In this document: one piece after another, positions 16,658 through 25,165 of the stretch
How the letters are laid out: each line of letters opens with the position of its first letter
How positions within the stretch are numbered: position 1 is the first letter of the stretch
Virus record (IMG/VR): IMGVR_UViG_3300044972_000535
Location: 1 to 56,140 of that record
From: a virus
Lineage: Duplodnaviria > Caudoviricetes
Direction: 5' to 3' (one strand)
Length of the DNA stretch: 56,140 bases
Translations under genes and position numbers: made by a program
The notes under the pieces: model-generated
Told to the model about the DNA's origin: nothing
Database searches by the model: none
The model's input: the letters and a program-made list of their open reading frames with translations, nothing else

Positions 16658-18490
16658 ATGGATTTACGCGAACTCAGTGCGAAGCTGAACGACACGATGC
16701 TGGCCACACTGCGCCACCTACTGCCAGGCGGGGTGGTGAACGGAGCCGAGTACTGCGTCGGTGGACTGGACGGGACGAAGGGACAGTCCCTGCGTGTTCA
16801 CATGAGCGGCGGCAAGGCTGGCGTGTGGTCGGACTTCTCAACCGGAGAAGCTGGCGGCGACCTGGTCGATCTGTGGATGGCGGCGAGACACCACTCGCTC
16901 ATCGAAACGATGGATGAAATCCGCGCATGGCTCGGCGTAGAACGCCCCAAGTTCGTTGCGCCGAAGAAGGAATACCAGGCACCGATCAGGCCGGAGCGTA
17001 TGCGCAAGGTCTACACAACACCTGTTCAGGTCTACCTCGAGAGCCGTGGCATGACCAGCGCCACCATCGACGCATTCCGGGTGGCGGCGGACGGTGACCG
17101 TGTCCTGTTCCCATTCATCGATGCGATGGGCGCGACGCGGATGATCAAGTTCCGCGACATCAACGACAAGAAGCGCCAGGGGCCAACTTCCGCAGGACAG
17201 ATGCCGATCCTATTCGGGTGGCAGACCATCGACCAGAACACCCGCGAGGTGTGGATCACTGAAGGTGAGTTCGACGCGATGGCCGGCTACCAGTTGGGTG
17301 CGCCGTGTCTGTCCGTCCCTTTCGGAGGGGGCAAGGGCGCGAAGCAACAGTGGATCGAGAACGAGTACGACCACCTCGACCGGTTCGAGACGATCATTCT
17401 TGCGCTCGACATGGACGAGGAGGGCGAGGCAGCCGCTCGAGAAATTGCGGAGCGCCTGGGCCAGCATCGCTGTCTTCGGGTAACGCTGCCGCACAAGGAC
17501 ATGAACGAATGTCTGCTCGAGGGTGCGGACATTGCCGCCATCCGCAAGACAGCCAAGGCCTTCGATCCAGAGGAACTGCGCTGCGCCACCGAATACCGTG
17601 ACGACATCCTGCGGGAACTGTACGACAGCCAGGACGATAAGCGCGGTTTCGCGCCTCTGCTCAACAAGCTTGATGGCCGCATCCGATTCCGCGATGCGGA
17701 ACTGATCATCCTCAACGGCGTCAACGGACACGGCAAGTCCCAGTTGGCTGGGCAGTTCTCGCTGGACGCCATGATCCAAGAGAAGCGGGTCTGCATCGCA
17801 TCGATGGAGATGCCCGCCCGACGCCTGCTCACTCGCCTTACCCGCCAGGCAACAGGCTTGAAGGATGGCCTGCCTACCCAGGGATACGCCAACGCCGTCA
17901 TTGACTGGTATGCCGGGAGGCTGTGGCTGTTCGACCTCGTCGGCACGGCGAAGACCAAGCGAATGATGGAGGTGTTCGAGTACGCCCGCAAACGCTACGG
18001 GATCGACGTTTTCATCATCGACAACATGAGCAAGTGCGGCATTGGGGACGATGACTACAACGCCCAGAAGGCGTTCATGGAAAGCCTGTGCGACTTCAAG
18101 AACCAGACAGGAACGACCGTCTTCCTTGTAACGCATAGCCGCAAGGGCGAGAACGAAGATCAGCCGACCGGGAAGATGGATGTGAAGGGGAGCGGATCGA
18201 TCACCGATCTTTCCGACAGTGTTCTCACCATCTGGCGCAACAAAAAGAAGGAAGAGAAGCTGGCCTCTCTGGCATTTACGCAAGAGAAGCCAGACGAAGA
18301 CCTGATCAACACGCCGGACTCGGTCATCTACTGCTCCAAGCAGCGCAACGGCGAGTGGGAGGGCAAGGCTGGGGTGTACTGGAATGGCAATGCCATGCAG
18401 TTCACCAACAAGGCATCTGAGCGACCACGGATGTACGTCAAGTACAGCAGTCCCGCACCACCACGGACAGAAGAGGAAGAAGTGATATGA
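16658..18490 (+). CDS. Primase-helicase (TOPRIM + SF4 helicase)
   Basis: ITEGEFDAM, LALDMDEEG, Walker A GVNGHGKS, FIIDN, VTHSRK, KGSGSI, KQRNG. Confidence 0.93.
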   Translation: MDLRELSAKLNDTMLATLRHLLPGGVVNGAEYCVGGLDGTKGQSLRVHMSGGKAGVWSDFSTGEAGGDLVDLWMAARHHSLIETMDEIRAWLGVERPKFVAPKKEYQAPIRPERMRKVYTTPVQVYLESRGMTSATIDAFRVAADGDRVLFPFIDAMGATRMIKFRDINDKKRQGPTSAGQMPILFGWQTIDQNTREVWITEGEFDAMAGYQLGAPCLSVPFGGGKGAKQQWIENEYDHLDRFETIILALDMDEEGEAAAREIAERLGQHRCLRVTLPHKDMNECLLEGADIAAIRKTAKAFDPEELRCATEYRDDILRELYDSQDDKRGFAPLLNKLDGRIRFRDAELIILNGVNGHGKSQLAGQFSLDAMIQEKRVCIASMEMPARRLLTRLTRQATGLKDGLPTQGYANAVIDWYAGRLWLFDLVGTAKTKRMMEVFEYARKRYGIDVFIIDNMSKCGIGDDDYNAQKAFMESLCDFKNQTGTTVFLVTHSRKGENEDQPTGKMDVKGSGSITDLSDSVLTIWRNKKKEEKLASLAFTQEKPDEDLINTPDSVIYCSKQRNGEWEGKAGVYWNGNAMQFTNKASERPRMYVKYSSPAPPRTEEEEVI

Positions 18491-18735
18491 GCGACGACGA
18501 AAACAAGGTGGTGAACATCTTCTCGAGGAACGCGGAGCCGGACATCACCATCGGGCAGATTGCACCTCGCGCCGTACTCCAGGCTGCTCTCGATGCCGGG
18601 TTGTCGGAGGTAATGGTTCTCGGATGGGACGCTGAGGGATCGTTCTACATGGCCTCGAGCGAGGGTTACACGCCAGACCTGATCACCATGTGCGAGATAG
18701 CCAAGGCCAGTTACATAGCGGGGTATGAAGCGTGA
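18487..18735 (+). CDS. Hypothetical protein
   Basis: 82 aa, ATGA-coupled. Confidence 0.65.
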   Translation: MSDDENKVVNIFSRNAEPDITIGQIAPRAVLQAALDAGLSEVMVLGWDAEGSFYMASSEGYTPDLITMCEIAKASYIAGYEA

Positions 18736-19082
18736 CATTGCAGCCACACCCACCTGAAGAAATGTTCGCGGAATCTATTCGCGAGGTTGCCAAGTTGCTG
18801 CAAAAGGCGGAAATCGATGTGGCAACAACAGAGGCTGATCTGAAGCGCACCGTCGCAAAGTCGATGCTCAAGGCAGAGTTGGATGGGAACAAGACCGCCG
18901 CTGCCCAGACGCGATGCGCAGATGAGGACGACGGTGTCTACGCGGCGCGGGTTGCGCACGGTGTAGCGAAGGGCAGCTTGGCATTCGCCAAGGCAGAGTT
19001 GAAGGCGCGTGAGATAGCTTTCGAGTACTGGCGCACAAAGGCCGCGACGCTGCGGCTCGAACGGAAGGTTTACTCAGCATGA
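18732..19082 (+). CDS. Hypothetical coiled-coil protein
   Basis: 116 aa, coupled, C-terminal FEYWRT motif. Confidence 0.65.
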   Translation: MTLQPHPPEEMFAESIREVAKLLQKAEIDVATTEADLKRTVAKSMLKAELDGNKTAAAQTRCADEDDGVYAARVAHGVAKGSLAFAKAELKAREIAFEYWRTKAATLRLERKVYSA

Positions 19083-19492
19083 CGCAAGAAAAGGAAAACA
19101 AAATGGATGTAGTCGAGGTCATAGCGACAACCATGAACAACGTCAGCCAGATCATTCACGGAATGAATGACGAGGCCGGCTGGTGGACTGACCTGTCAAC
19201 CGGCACCAGCATGAAGGGCAATCAACTCTTCGTCGCCAGCAAGTTGCTAATGATCCATAGCGAGATCAGCGAGGCGACAGAGGCGCACCGAAAGCACCTC
19301 AATGACGACAAGCTGCCGCATCGCAGCGGCGTCGAGGTTGAACTGGCGGACGCGATGATCCGCATCTTCGACCTTGCCGGCGCACTTGGCCTAGACCTGG
19401 GTTGGGCGATGATCGAGAAGCTGGCTTACAACAAGGAGCGCGCTGACCACAAGGTTGCGAACCGCGCATCCGAAGGCGGGAAAACTTACTGA
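19079..19492 (+). CDS. MazG-like NTP pyrophosphohydrolase
   Basis: HSEISEATEAHRK...VEVELADAMIRIFD...EKLAYN. Confidence 0.8.
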   Translation: MTQEKENKMDVVEVIATTMNNVSQIIHGMNDEAGWWTDLSTGTSMKGNQLFVASKLLMIHSEISEATEAHRKHLNDDKLPHRSGVEVELADAMIRIFDLAGALGLDLGWAMIEKLAYNKERADHKVANRASEGGKTY

Positions 19493-19773
19493 TGGATCGC
19501 GATCTGTACAGGAAGCTTGGCATCGACCCCGATACCATCAGCGACAGCATTAACTGCTGCCAATCAGACGCCGTCAGTGAGGACGACTGCTCCGCGTCCG
19601 ACGAGTGCCATGCGATCTGTCACTGGCTGCTCGACCAGGCTGAATCGGCGCATGAGCAATACCTGAAGGCCATGAAGAACAACGACGAGTTGTCGGCTTA
19701 TCGAATCAAGATAGGGGCGGCTGTCCTGCTGGAGGCGGCAGAGGCTATCCACTTGGGCGTACACCGAGGGTGA
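19492..19773 (+). CDS. Hypothetical protein
   Basis: 93 aa, coupled. Confidence 0.6.
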   Translation: MDRDLYRKLGIDPDTISDSINCCQSDAVSEDDCSASDECHAICHWLLDQAESAHEQYLKAMKNNDELSAYRIKIGAAVLLEAAEAIHLGVHRG

Positions 19774-20075
19774 AGGGGCGGACACCTACCGCTGAAGAGA
19801 AACGCTGGATGGATCGGGCTGGCCAGGTTGGCTGCATCGCCTGTCATCAGATAGGCGTTCACCAGACGGAGGTGTCGCTCCACCACATCGATGGGCGGAC
19901 AAAGCCAGGGGCGCATCTTCGGGTCATCCCTCTGTGCGGTAAGCACCACCAGAGCGGGGAGGGAACAGGGGACTTCATCTCCGTCCACCCATGGAAGCGC
20001 AGGTTCGAGGACGCATTCGGCACTCAAGAGGAACTGCTCGCCCAGGTGCAGCAGATTGTGGAGGAAATGGAATGA
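19770..20075 (+). CDS. Ref-like (RecA-dependent) HNH nuclease
   Basis: GCIAC...LHHIDGRTK..AH..VIPLCGKHHQ...FE..FGTQEELL. Confidence 0.75.
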   Translation: MKGRTPTAEEKRWMDRAGQVGCIACHQIGVHQTEVSLHHIDGRTKPGAHLRVIPLCGKHHQSGEGTGDFISVHPWKRRFEDAFGTQEELLAQVQQIVEEME

Positions 20076-20656
20076 AACCCGTCAACGAGATTCTCTCAAG
20101 TACGCCGATGAAGAGGCCTCTGTCTGGGGTCGACTGCTCCCACGGCATCCCGATAAATCTATCTTGCGGTGCGTGTCAGGAAGCGTGGGCAGACAGCATC
20201 ATGGCAGAACGCAAACGGCATGACGGGAACCACAAGCCGACCAATCCCAAGGACGCTGTCGGCATCAAGAAAGCGCCGCTCTCCACTGTCTCCGCCGTCG
20301 TGATGGCTGAGGTTGGCCTCGCCATGCTGGAAGGCGCGCTGAAGTACGGTCGCCACAATTACCGTGGTGCCGGCGTTCGAGCATCCGTCTACTACGACGC
20401 GACGATCCGCCACCTCTTCAGCTGGTGGGAGGGTGAGGACACAGACGCTGACAGCGGGATGAGCCACATCACCAAAGCTATTGCCAGCCTGACAGTGCTG
20501 CGTGACGCGATGATCCAGGACAAGGTCGAGGACGACCGCCCGCCAAGGTCTGGTGCGTTCTACAAAGACCTGAACACCAAGGCCGCTCTCCTGCTCGAGC
20601 GTTACGGTGACGTGCAGCCACATCACTACACGATCAAGGATGACGGTGATGCGTAG
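20072..20656 (+). CDS. dATP/dGTP diphosphohydrolase (DUF5664 family)
   Basis: NPKD..G.KK.PL...GALKYGRHNYR...YYDATIRHL..W..GED.D.DSG..H. Confidence 0.82.
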   Translation: MKPVNEILSSTPMKRPLSGVDCSHGIPINLSCGACQEAWADSIMAERKRHDGNHKPTNPKDAVGIKKAPLSTVSAVVMAEVGLAMLEGALKYGRHNYRGAGVRASVYYDATIRHLFSWWEGEDTDADSGMSHITKAIASLTVLRDAMIQDKVEDDRPPRSGAFYKDLNTKAALLLERYGDVQPHHYTIKDDGDA

Positions 20657-20897
20657 CCACTCTCAGAGCAAGGCGGACAGCTTCATGGAGGCTGTGACCA
20701 ACACCGCCATCGGCTTTGTCGTGTCGCTGATCACCTGGCACTTCGTCGCAGCGTGGATGCAAATCCCGATGACCATGTCTAAGAACCTGATCATCACGGG
20801 CGTCTTCACGATTGTGTCGATTGCGCGTGGCTACGTTCTGCGCCGGATGTTTGATGGTCGGACGGTCTGGCAAGCAATCAAGGGTGGGTGTTTCTGA
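20649..20897 (+). CDS. Small two-TM phage membrane protein
   Basis: QSK..SF.EA.TNT.IG...S..RGY.LRR.F pattern. Confidence 0.7.
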   Translation: MRSHSQSKADSFMEAVTNTAIGFVVSLITWHFVAAWMQIPMTMSKNLIITGVFTIVSIARGYVLRRMFDGRTVWQAIKGGCF

Positions 20898-21208
20898 TGG
20901 GCAAGATGAGTAGAGACAAGGGCGCTCTGTACGAGCGTGAGTTGGTCAACGAGGCCAAGAAGGCAGGCCTGTTCGCGCAGCGTGTGCCGCTGTCTGGCGC
21001 TACTAGCTATGCAAAAGGTGATGTCGAGATCACTCCTGGCTTCGACCCTAACGGGAAGCCGTGGGTGTTCGAGGCCAAGCGCCGCAAAGAACTACCCGTC
21101 TGGCTGCTCGAGGCGCTGGGTGAGAACCACGGCCTGATCTTGCGCGCTGACAACGAGAAGTCGGTTGCCATCATCCCGCTAACCACCCTGCTCGAGTTGA
21201 TGCAGTGA
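20897..21208 (+). CDS. PD-(D/E)xK Holliday junction resolvase-like protein
   Basis: SRDKGALYERE...RVPLSGA...GDV...FEAKRR. Confidence 0.8.
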   Translation: MGKMSRDKGALYERELVNEAKKAGLFAQRVPLSGATSYAKGDVEITPGFDPNGKPWVFEAKRRKELPVWLLEALGENHGLILRADNEKSVAIIPLTTLLELMQ

Positions 21209-21444
21209 GCGGGGCGCTGTTTGCGGACGGCTTCGAGGAAGCACTAGTAGGAATCGGAACGGCGTTCGACACAGACATCGCGGTCTATGACTTTGGCCGA
21301 TGCGTGGATGTCCTGGTGCAGCGTGATGGCATGGACTACGAGGAGGCGGTTGAGTACATGGAATACAACGTCACTGGATCATTCGTCGGAGACAACACGC
21401 CCGTCTTCATCCGCTGGTCAATAGAGGAATACGAGCAGCTGTGA
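21205..21444 (+). CDS. Small phage hypothetical protein
   Basis: ADGFEEALVG...EEAVEYMEYNV.G..VG..TPVF. Confidence 0.75.
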   Translation: MSGALFADGFEEALVGIGTAFDTDIAVYDFGRCVDVLVQRDGMDYEEAVEYMEYNVTGSFVGDNTPVFIRWSIEEYEQL

Positions 21445-21746
21445 GGGGGGAGAAGAAGACCGCGACCAGGCCGGACAGCCTGATCTGGGCAGAAAGGGCG
21501 GCGGATCGTCGCACTCATAAAGAGCGTATGGATTACATCGACAACAATGTGCCGGCATCTCACCACGCTTTGGTTCGCGATCTAATGGTGTGCTTCCTTC
21601 CGACTCATGTGCTTGCACTTCCAGACAAGGAAAGCCGCAGAGCGTATCTCCTCGATATCCCATTAGATTGCGACCCGTCTTGGGCGAGGTCTATGGTCGA
21701 GTGCCAGGTTCAACACCTATGGAAGCAACGAAAGACTAGCAGTTGA
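21441..21746 (+). CDS. Hypothetical protein
   Basis: 101 aa, coupled. Confidence 0.55.
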   Translation: MRGEKKTATRPDSLIWAERAADRRTHKERMDYIDNNVPASHHALVRDLMVCFLPTHVLALPDKESRRAYLLDIPLDCDPSWARSMVECQVQHLWKQRKTSS

Positions 21747-22240
21747 AGGTCGTTCTAACCCGCAGCGAAGTCCGCATTTGCGAATGGCTTGGCGAGCAGC
21801 GCCTGGTGATCAACAAGAAGCGCGGCATCAAGGACGCCCGGATCGGGCCACAGTCCAGCCTTCAGACGGATATCGACGGGTTAAAGGGTGAGTTCGCTTT
21901 CGCCAAGATGTTCAATCTCTGGCCCGACCTACAGCTGGGTCAGCGCCCGCTGCACGATGTCATGTCCCCCTTGGGGGGAGTCGATGTCAAGACCACGCGG
22001 CACAAGGGCGGGCGTCTCTTAGCTACTAAGAAGAAGCAGGCGATACCGGCGGACTGGTATGCCCTGATGTGGTTGGAAGACGACAGAATCGTCCACTTTG
22101 TCGGAGCATCCACAGCCGGCCAGTTGCTTGATGACGCGAACCTTCGCGACCTTGGCTATGGTGAAACATACGCACTCGATTGGGGTGGTCTGGTGCGACC
22201 GGAGGCGTTCCAAGGCCTCCTAGCCAGCGCCATCGTCTAG
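21743..22240 (+). CDS. Putative PD-(D/E)xK nuclease-like protein
   Basis: GLKGEFAF...D...VDVKTT. Confidence 0.55.
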   Translation: MKVVLTRSEVRICEWLGEQRLVINKKRGIKDARIGPQSSLQTDIDGLKGEFAFAKMFNLWPDLQLGQRPLHDVMSPLGGVDVKTTRHKGGRLLATKKKQAIPADWYALMWLEDDRIVHFVGASTAGQLLDDANLRDLGYGETYALDWGGLVRPEAFQGLLASAIV

Positions 22241-22444
22241 GTGCGCAGCGGTGTCCACGTACCCGCCAATGATCTTGAGTACTTGGGGAACCGTCTTCGC
22301 ACCCAGGGAGCGCATGATTGCATACAGTTCAGGATTATCTGACAGGTTGACGGTGGCGTAGGACTTGCCAGCATCAGACATGGCCTCCTTCGCCTTGTCG
22401 CACCACTTGCAGTCATCCATTGTCAGTATCAGGTATTCGATCAC
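22220..22444 (-). CDS. Glutaredoxin-like protein
   Basis: CKWC, TVPQV, IGGY. Confidence 0.8.
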   Translation of the reverse strand: MIEYLILTMDDCKWCDKAKEAMSDAGKSYATVNLSDNPELYAIMRSLGAKTVPQVLKIIGGYVDTAAHLDDGAG

Positions 22445-22806
22445 GCGGCGTCCTCCAGTTGGCGTCGCTCTGCGCACACAGGGCATTCGCCCCGGAGATA
22501 GTTAGCGACCCTCTTTCGCCTGTTGCTCTTGGTCGCTCCAAGCAGGTTCAGGATGGATGTGTGGTCACGGTTCATGAGACGCCCGATCTGAACGCTGGAC
22601 AGGCCTTGACCGTGTAGGTGCATGGCTATCTCGCGTCGGGCATCGACCACATATCTCGCGCGGGATTCGCCCAGCACAGCGGCTGCCGTGGTTTGGTGAC
22701 GGGCTGCAACCTCCGCGATGTACGCCATGTTCTTCTCGCGCGGTGTCGGCGTAACTTCAAAAACATCCGGCGCAACTGTGGGAGCGACATCTGCGTGATC
22801 GCTCAT
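22441..22806 (-). CDS. DnaA C-terminal-like HTH protein
   Basis: SR....V.AR..I...L...GLS..QIGRLMNRDHTSIL. Confidence 0.78.
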   Translation of the reverse strand: MSDHADVAPTVAPDVFEVTPTPREKNMAYIAEVAARHQTTAAAVLGESRARYVVDARREIAMHLHGQGLSSVQIGRLMNRDHTSILNLLGATKSNRRKRVANYLRGECPVCAERRQLEDAA

Positions 22807-23081
22807 TCGCCCTGCTCCCGCGACGGCACTAACGACAGGGCGGGAAGACCCTTCGCTGCGCATTCGATCTTATGAGCAAGCGCCGCGTGTTGCGGGTCAC
22901 TGCTGCTGCCGACTTCGTCACCGATGATCGCCAGGATATCGGCAATCGGTGTCTGTGTACGGTACTGATATGCCCGATCATGGGGGCTACGTTCATCCAC
23001 GACGACGAAAGTCACGTCACCGGAAATCTTGTACGTCTCTTCGCCATCTTCGTCGATGTGAACCAGAACAGTCGGTGTCAT
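22803..23081 (-). CDS. Hypothetical protein
   Basis: 92 aa, ATGA-coupled. Confidence 0.6.
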   Translation of the reverse strand: MTPTVLVHIDEDGEETYKISGDVTFVVVDERSPHDRAYQYRTQTPIADILAIIGDEVGSSSDPQHAALAHKIECAAKGLPALSLVPSREQGE

Positions 23082-23251
23082 CCATCAATCTCCACAAAGT
23101 CATTGCAATCGTCACCACCGGGAAACTCTGCGTAGGATTGTCTCGGTGCGGCAGGCTTTACCCATCGCCAGCACACAGCGGTACGTGAGCAGCGGTGCGA
23201 GCCAGTGAGGCAGGACGCCATGTCGGCGCGAGAGGTTTGCTGCTGGCTCAT
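23078..23251 (-). CDS. Small Cys-containing hypothetical protein
   Basis: MSQQQTSRADMASC...C...CWRW...C; coupled to the last array cassette. Confidence 0.6.
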   Translation of the reverse strand: MSQQQTSRADMASCLTGSHRCSRTAVCWRWVKPAAPRQSYAEFPGGDDCNDFVEIDG

Positions 23252-23421
23252 GCGCCTTGCTCCTTGGGTTGCGCTGCGAGGGCGGCGGCGTAGGTGGCGT
23301 TGGCAGCGTCGAGCGCGGCGTTGTAGGTGGCGTTGGCGGAGTTTACGGTGGCGTCCCATGCGGCGTAGGCGGCGTCTGCGGCGGCGTCGAGGGCGGCTCT
23401 TAGTTTCTCTAACTCAGTCAT
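23248..23421 (-). CDS. Ala-rich cassette protein H (57 aa)
   Basis: MTELEKLRAALDAAADAAYAAWDATVNSANATYNAALDAANATYAAALAAQPKEQGA. Confidence 0.75.
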   Translation of the reverse strand: MTELEKLRAALDAAADAAYAAWDATVNSANATYNAALDAANATYAAALAAQPKEQGA

Positions 23422-23570
23422 CAGTCATTTTCCTTCTCTTGCGCTGCGAGTGCGGCGGCGCGATAGGCGGCGCTGTAGGCGTAGGCGGCAGCGCCCCATG
23501 TGGCGTAGGCGACGGCATAAGCTTCCCGCTTGGCGTCCATGTCGGCTTTCAACTTTTCCAGATCAGTCAT
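23421..23570 (-). CDS. Ala-rich cassette protein G (49 aa)
   Basis: MTDLEKLKADMDAKREAYAVAYATWGAAAYAYSAAYRAAALAAQEKEND. Confidence 0.75.
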   Translation of the reverse strand: MTDLEKLKADMDAKREAYAVAYATWGAAAYAYSAAYRAAALAAQEKEND

Positions 23571-23731
23571 TGGTCTGTCTCCTGTTCTTGCGCTGCGATT
23601 GCGGCGTCGAGTGATGCGAGGCCGGCGATGTAGGCGGCGATGGCGGTTAGCGCAGGTTTGTACTCCTCTATGGCATCGTATGCGTCGAGGGCTGCGTCGC
23701 GGGCGGCTCGCAGTTTCTCAAGGTCAGTCAT
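23567..23731 (-). CDS. Ala-rich cassette protein F (54 aa)
   Basis: MTDLEKLRAARDAALDAYDAIEEYKPALTAIAAYIAGLASLDAAIAAQEQETDQ. Confidence 0.75.
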   Translation of the reverse strand: MTDLEKLRAARDAALDAYDAIEEYKPALTAIAAYIAGLASLDAAIAAQEQETDQ

Positions 23732-23883
23732 TGGTCTGTCTCCTGTTCTTGCGCTGCGAGGGCGGCTTCTGCGATGGCGAGGCGTTCGATGAGGGTTTCA
23801 ATATCCTTCTCATGCTGGCCAAAATGGCCGGCGTCCTCGGCATCGAGCCACGCTTGCAGTCGTCCCACGGCATCACTCTGCAT
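23728..23883 (-). CDS. Cassette protein E (51 aa, unrelated body)
   Basis: MQSDAVGRLQAWLDAED...AALAAQEQETDQ. Confidence 0.7.
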   Translation of the reverse strand: MQSDAVGRLQAWLDAEDAGHFGQHEKDIETLIERLAIAEAALAAQEQETDQ

Positions 23884-24055
23884 CGGTCTGCTCCTTAGTT
23901 TGCGCTGCGAGGGCGGCGAGGTAGGCGGCAATGGCGGCGTTGAGGGCGGCGTGGATCGCGGGTGGGCTGTCGGCGTCCCATGCGGCGATGGCTGCGGCAT
24001 CGTATGCGTCGAGGGCTGCGTCGCGGGCTGCTCTTAATCTCTCCAAGTCAGTCAT
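23873..24055 (-). CDS. Ala-rich cassette protein D (60 aa)
   Basis: MTDLERLRAARDAALDAYDA...AAYLAALAAQTKEQTDAE. Confidence 0.75.
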   Translation of the reverse strand: MTDLERLRAARDAALDAYDAAAIAAWDADSPPAIHAALNAAIAAYLAALAAQTKEQTDAE

Positions 24056-24221
24056 TGGTCTGCTCCTTAGCTTGCGCTGCGAGAATGGCGTTGTAGGCCT
24101 TGCTAACGGCGTCGTAAGCGGCGCGGGCGGTGTTGGCGGAGTCTACGGTGGCTTGCCATGCGGCGTAAGCGGCATCTACGGCGCTGACCCCTGCGGCCTT
24201 CAGCCTCTCTACCTCAGTCAT
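24048..24221 (-). CDS. Ala-rich cassette protein C (57 aa)
   Basis: MTEVERLKAAG...AYNAILAAQAKEQTND. Confidence 0.75.
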   Translation of the reverse strand: MTEVERLKAAGVSAVDAAYAAWQATVDSANTARAAYDAVSKAYNAILAAQAKEQTND

Positions 24222-24627
24222 TGGTCTGCTCCTTGGGTTGCGCTGCGAGAATGGCGTTGAAGGCGGAGTTGGCGGCGTATACAACGGCATCGCCGGGGAG
24301 ATGGTGGCCTGCTTCGATGTGATTGCGCAGGTTGTCCACCTCCATGCAGACGCGGTAGTAAGCCGGATCGCCGCGCATTTTGCGGAGATACACCACAATC
24401 GCAGCCGTTGCTTTGCGCTCGCCTTCGGTCAGGCCGTTGTGCCAGCCAACGTCGTAGTGCCATCGCGTCGCCACAGCGGTTCGCAACCGCTCAATCTCCG
24501 CCATAGCAGTCCGTATGGTTGCTGCGGCGACGGTGTGGTGGTCGCGCTGCTGCTCCGCGTTGTCATAGCGAACCTCGCAAACTGCACCCGCCTCATGCCA
24601 CTGCGCCAGTTTTTCTAGATTAGTCAT
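24214..24627 (-). CDS. Cassette protein B (137 aa, unrelated body)
   Basis: MTNLEKLAQWHE...FNAILAAQPKEQTND. Confidence 0.75.
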   Translation of the reverse strand: MTNLEKLAQWHEAGAVCEVRYDNAEQQRDHHTVAAATIRTAMAEIERLRTAVATRWHYDVGWHNGLTEGERKATAAIVVYLRKMRGDPAYYRVCMEVDNLRNHIEAGHHLPGDAVVYAANSAFNAILAAQPKEQTND

Positions 24628-24826
24628 CGGTCTGCTCCTTAGTTTGCGCTGCGAGGGCGGCGAGGTAGGCGGCAATGGCGGCGTCCCGGTCAGCATTGGC
24701 GGCGTCTACGGCGGCGTCGAAAGCGTCTCGGGCGGCGTCGAAGTCGGCGTAGGCAACGTCAATGGCGGCGTTTCGGTCGTCGTATGCGGCGTCGAATTCG
24801 GCCTCCAGTCTCTCTAATTCGGTCAT
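24620..24826 (-). CDS. Ala/Asp-rich cassette protein A (68 aa)
   Basis: MTELERLEAEFDAAYDD...AAYLAALAAQTKEQTDD. Confidence 0.75.
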   Translation of the reverse strand: MTELERLEAEFDAAYDDRNAAIDVAYADFDAARDAFDAAVDAANADRDAAIAAYLAALAAQTKEQTDD

Positions 24827-24837
24827 CGGTCATTTTC

Positions 24838-24957
24838 CTATCTGTACGGGATGGCGGATAGCCAAGGCGCGAAGGCTACGGCCAGCGCCAGCACGATAAC
24901 GACGATGGACTGCCGATAGCTAAGGTGGCGCTTACCGGGGCGCTCGGGGTCAATCAT
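24838..24957 (-). CDS. Small membrane protein (39 aa)
   Basis: MIDPERPGKRHLSYRQSIVVIVLALAVAFAPWLSAIPYR; CAGGAG RBS. Confidence 0.55.
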   Translation of the reverse strand: MIDPERPGKRHLSYRQSIVVIVLALAVAFAPWLSAIPYR

Positions 24958-25165
24958 TGTCTGTCTCCTGTTTGATGTGGGCCGCAACTTCCACAAGGCG
25001 AGCGGCGCGCTCTTCCGCCAATTTGGCTCGGGCGATGTGTGTAGCAAACCAAGTCGGCGACGCAGCGTTGAAACTGGCAATTTCGTACTCGGTTTTCGCC
25101 TCGTTGTTTGCGTCGTCAATCGCTCCGCGCAACGCCTCCAGATGCTGGCGGGTTACCGTCACCAT
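24950..25165 (-). CDS. Hypothetical protein
   Basis: MVTVTRQ...IKQETDND; C-terminus resembles the array junctions. Confidence 0.55.
   Translation of the reverse strand: MVTVTRQHLEALRGAIDDANNEAKTEYEIASFNAASPTWFATHIARAKLAEERAARLVEVAAHIKQETDND

Larger units (their letters stand above)
23248..24826 (-). repeat. Array of 8 mini-gene cassettes with conserved junctions
   Basis: TTGCGCTGCGA (+ strand) at 23269, 23439, 23588, 23749, 23900, 24072, 24238, 24644, each beside an RBS and overlapping stop/start. Confidence 0.92.

Noticed and set aside
20072-20656. Z-genome (2-aminoadenine) pathway
   Set aside because: No PurZ, DatZ-type HD phosphohydrolase or DNA polymerase was recognised.
23248-24826. 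CRISPR array
   Set aside because: Repeats are degenerate, 149-406 bp apart, encode RBS/start/stop of open ORFs, and no cas genes are present.
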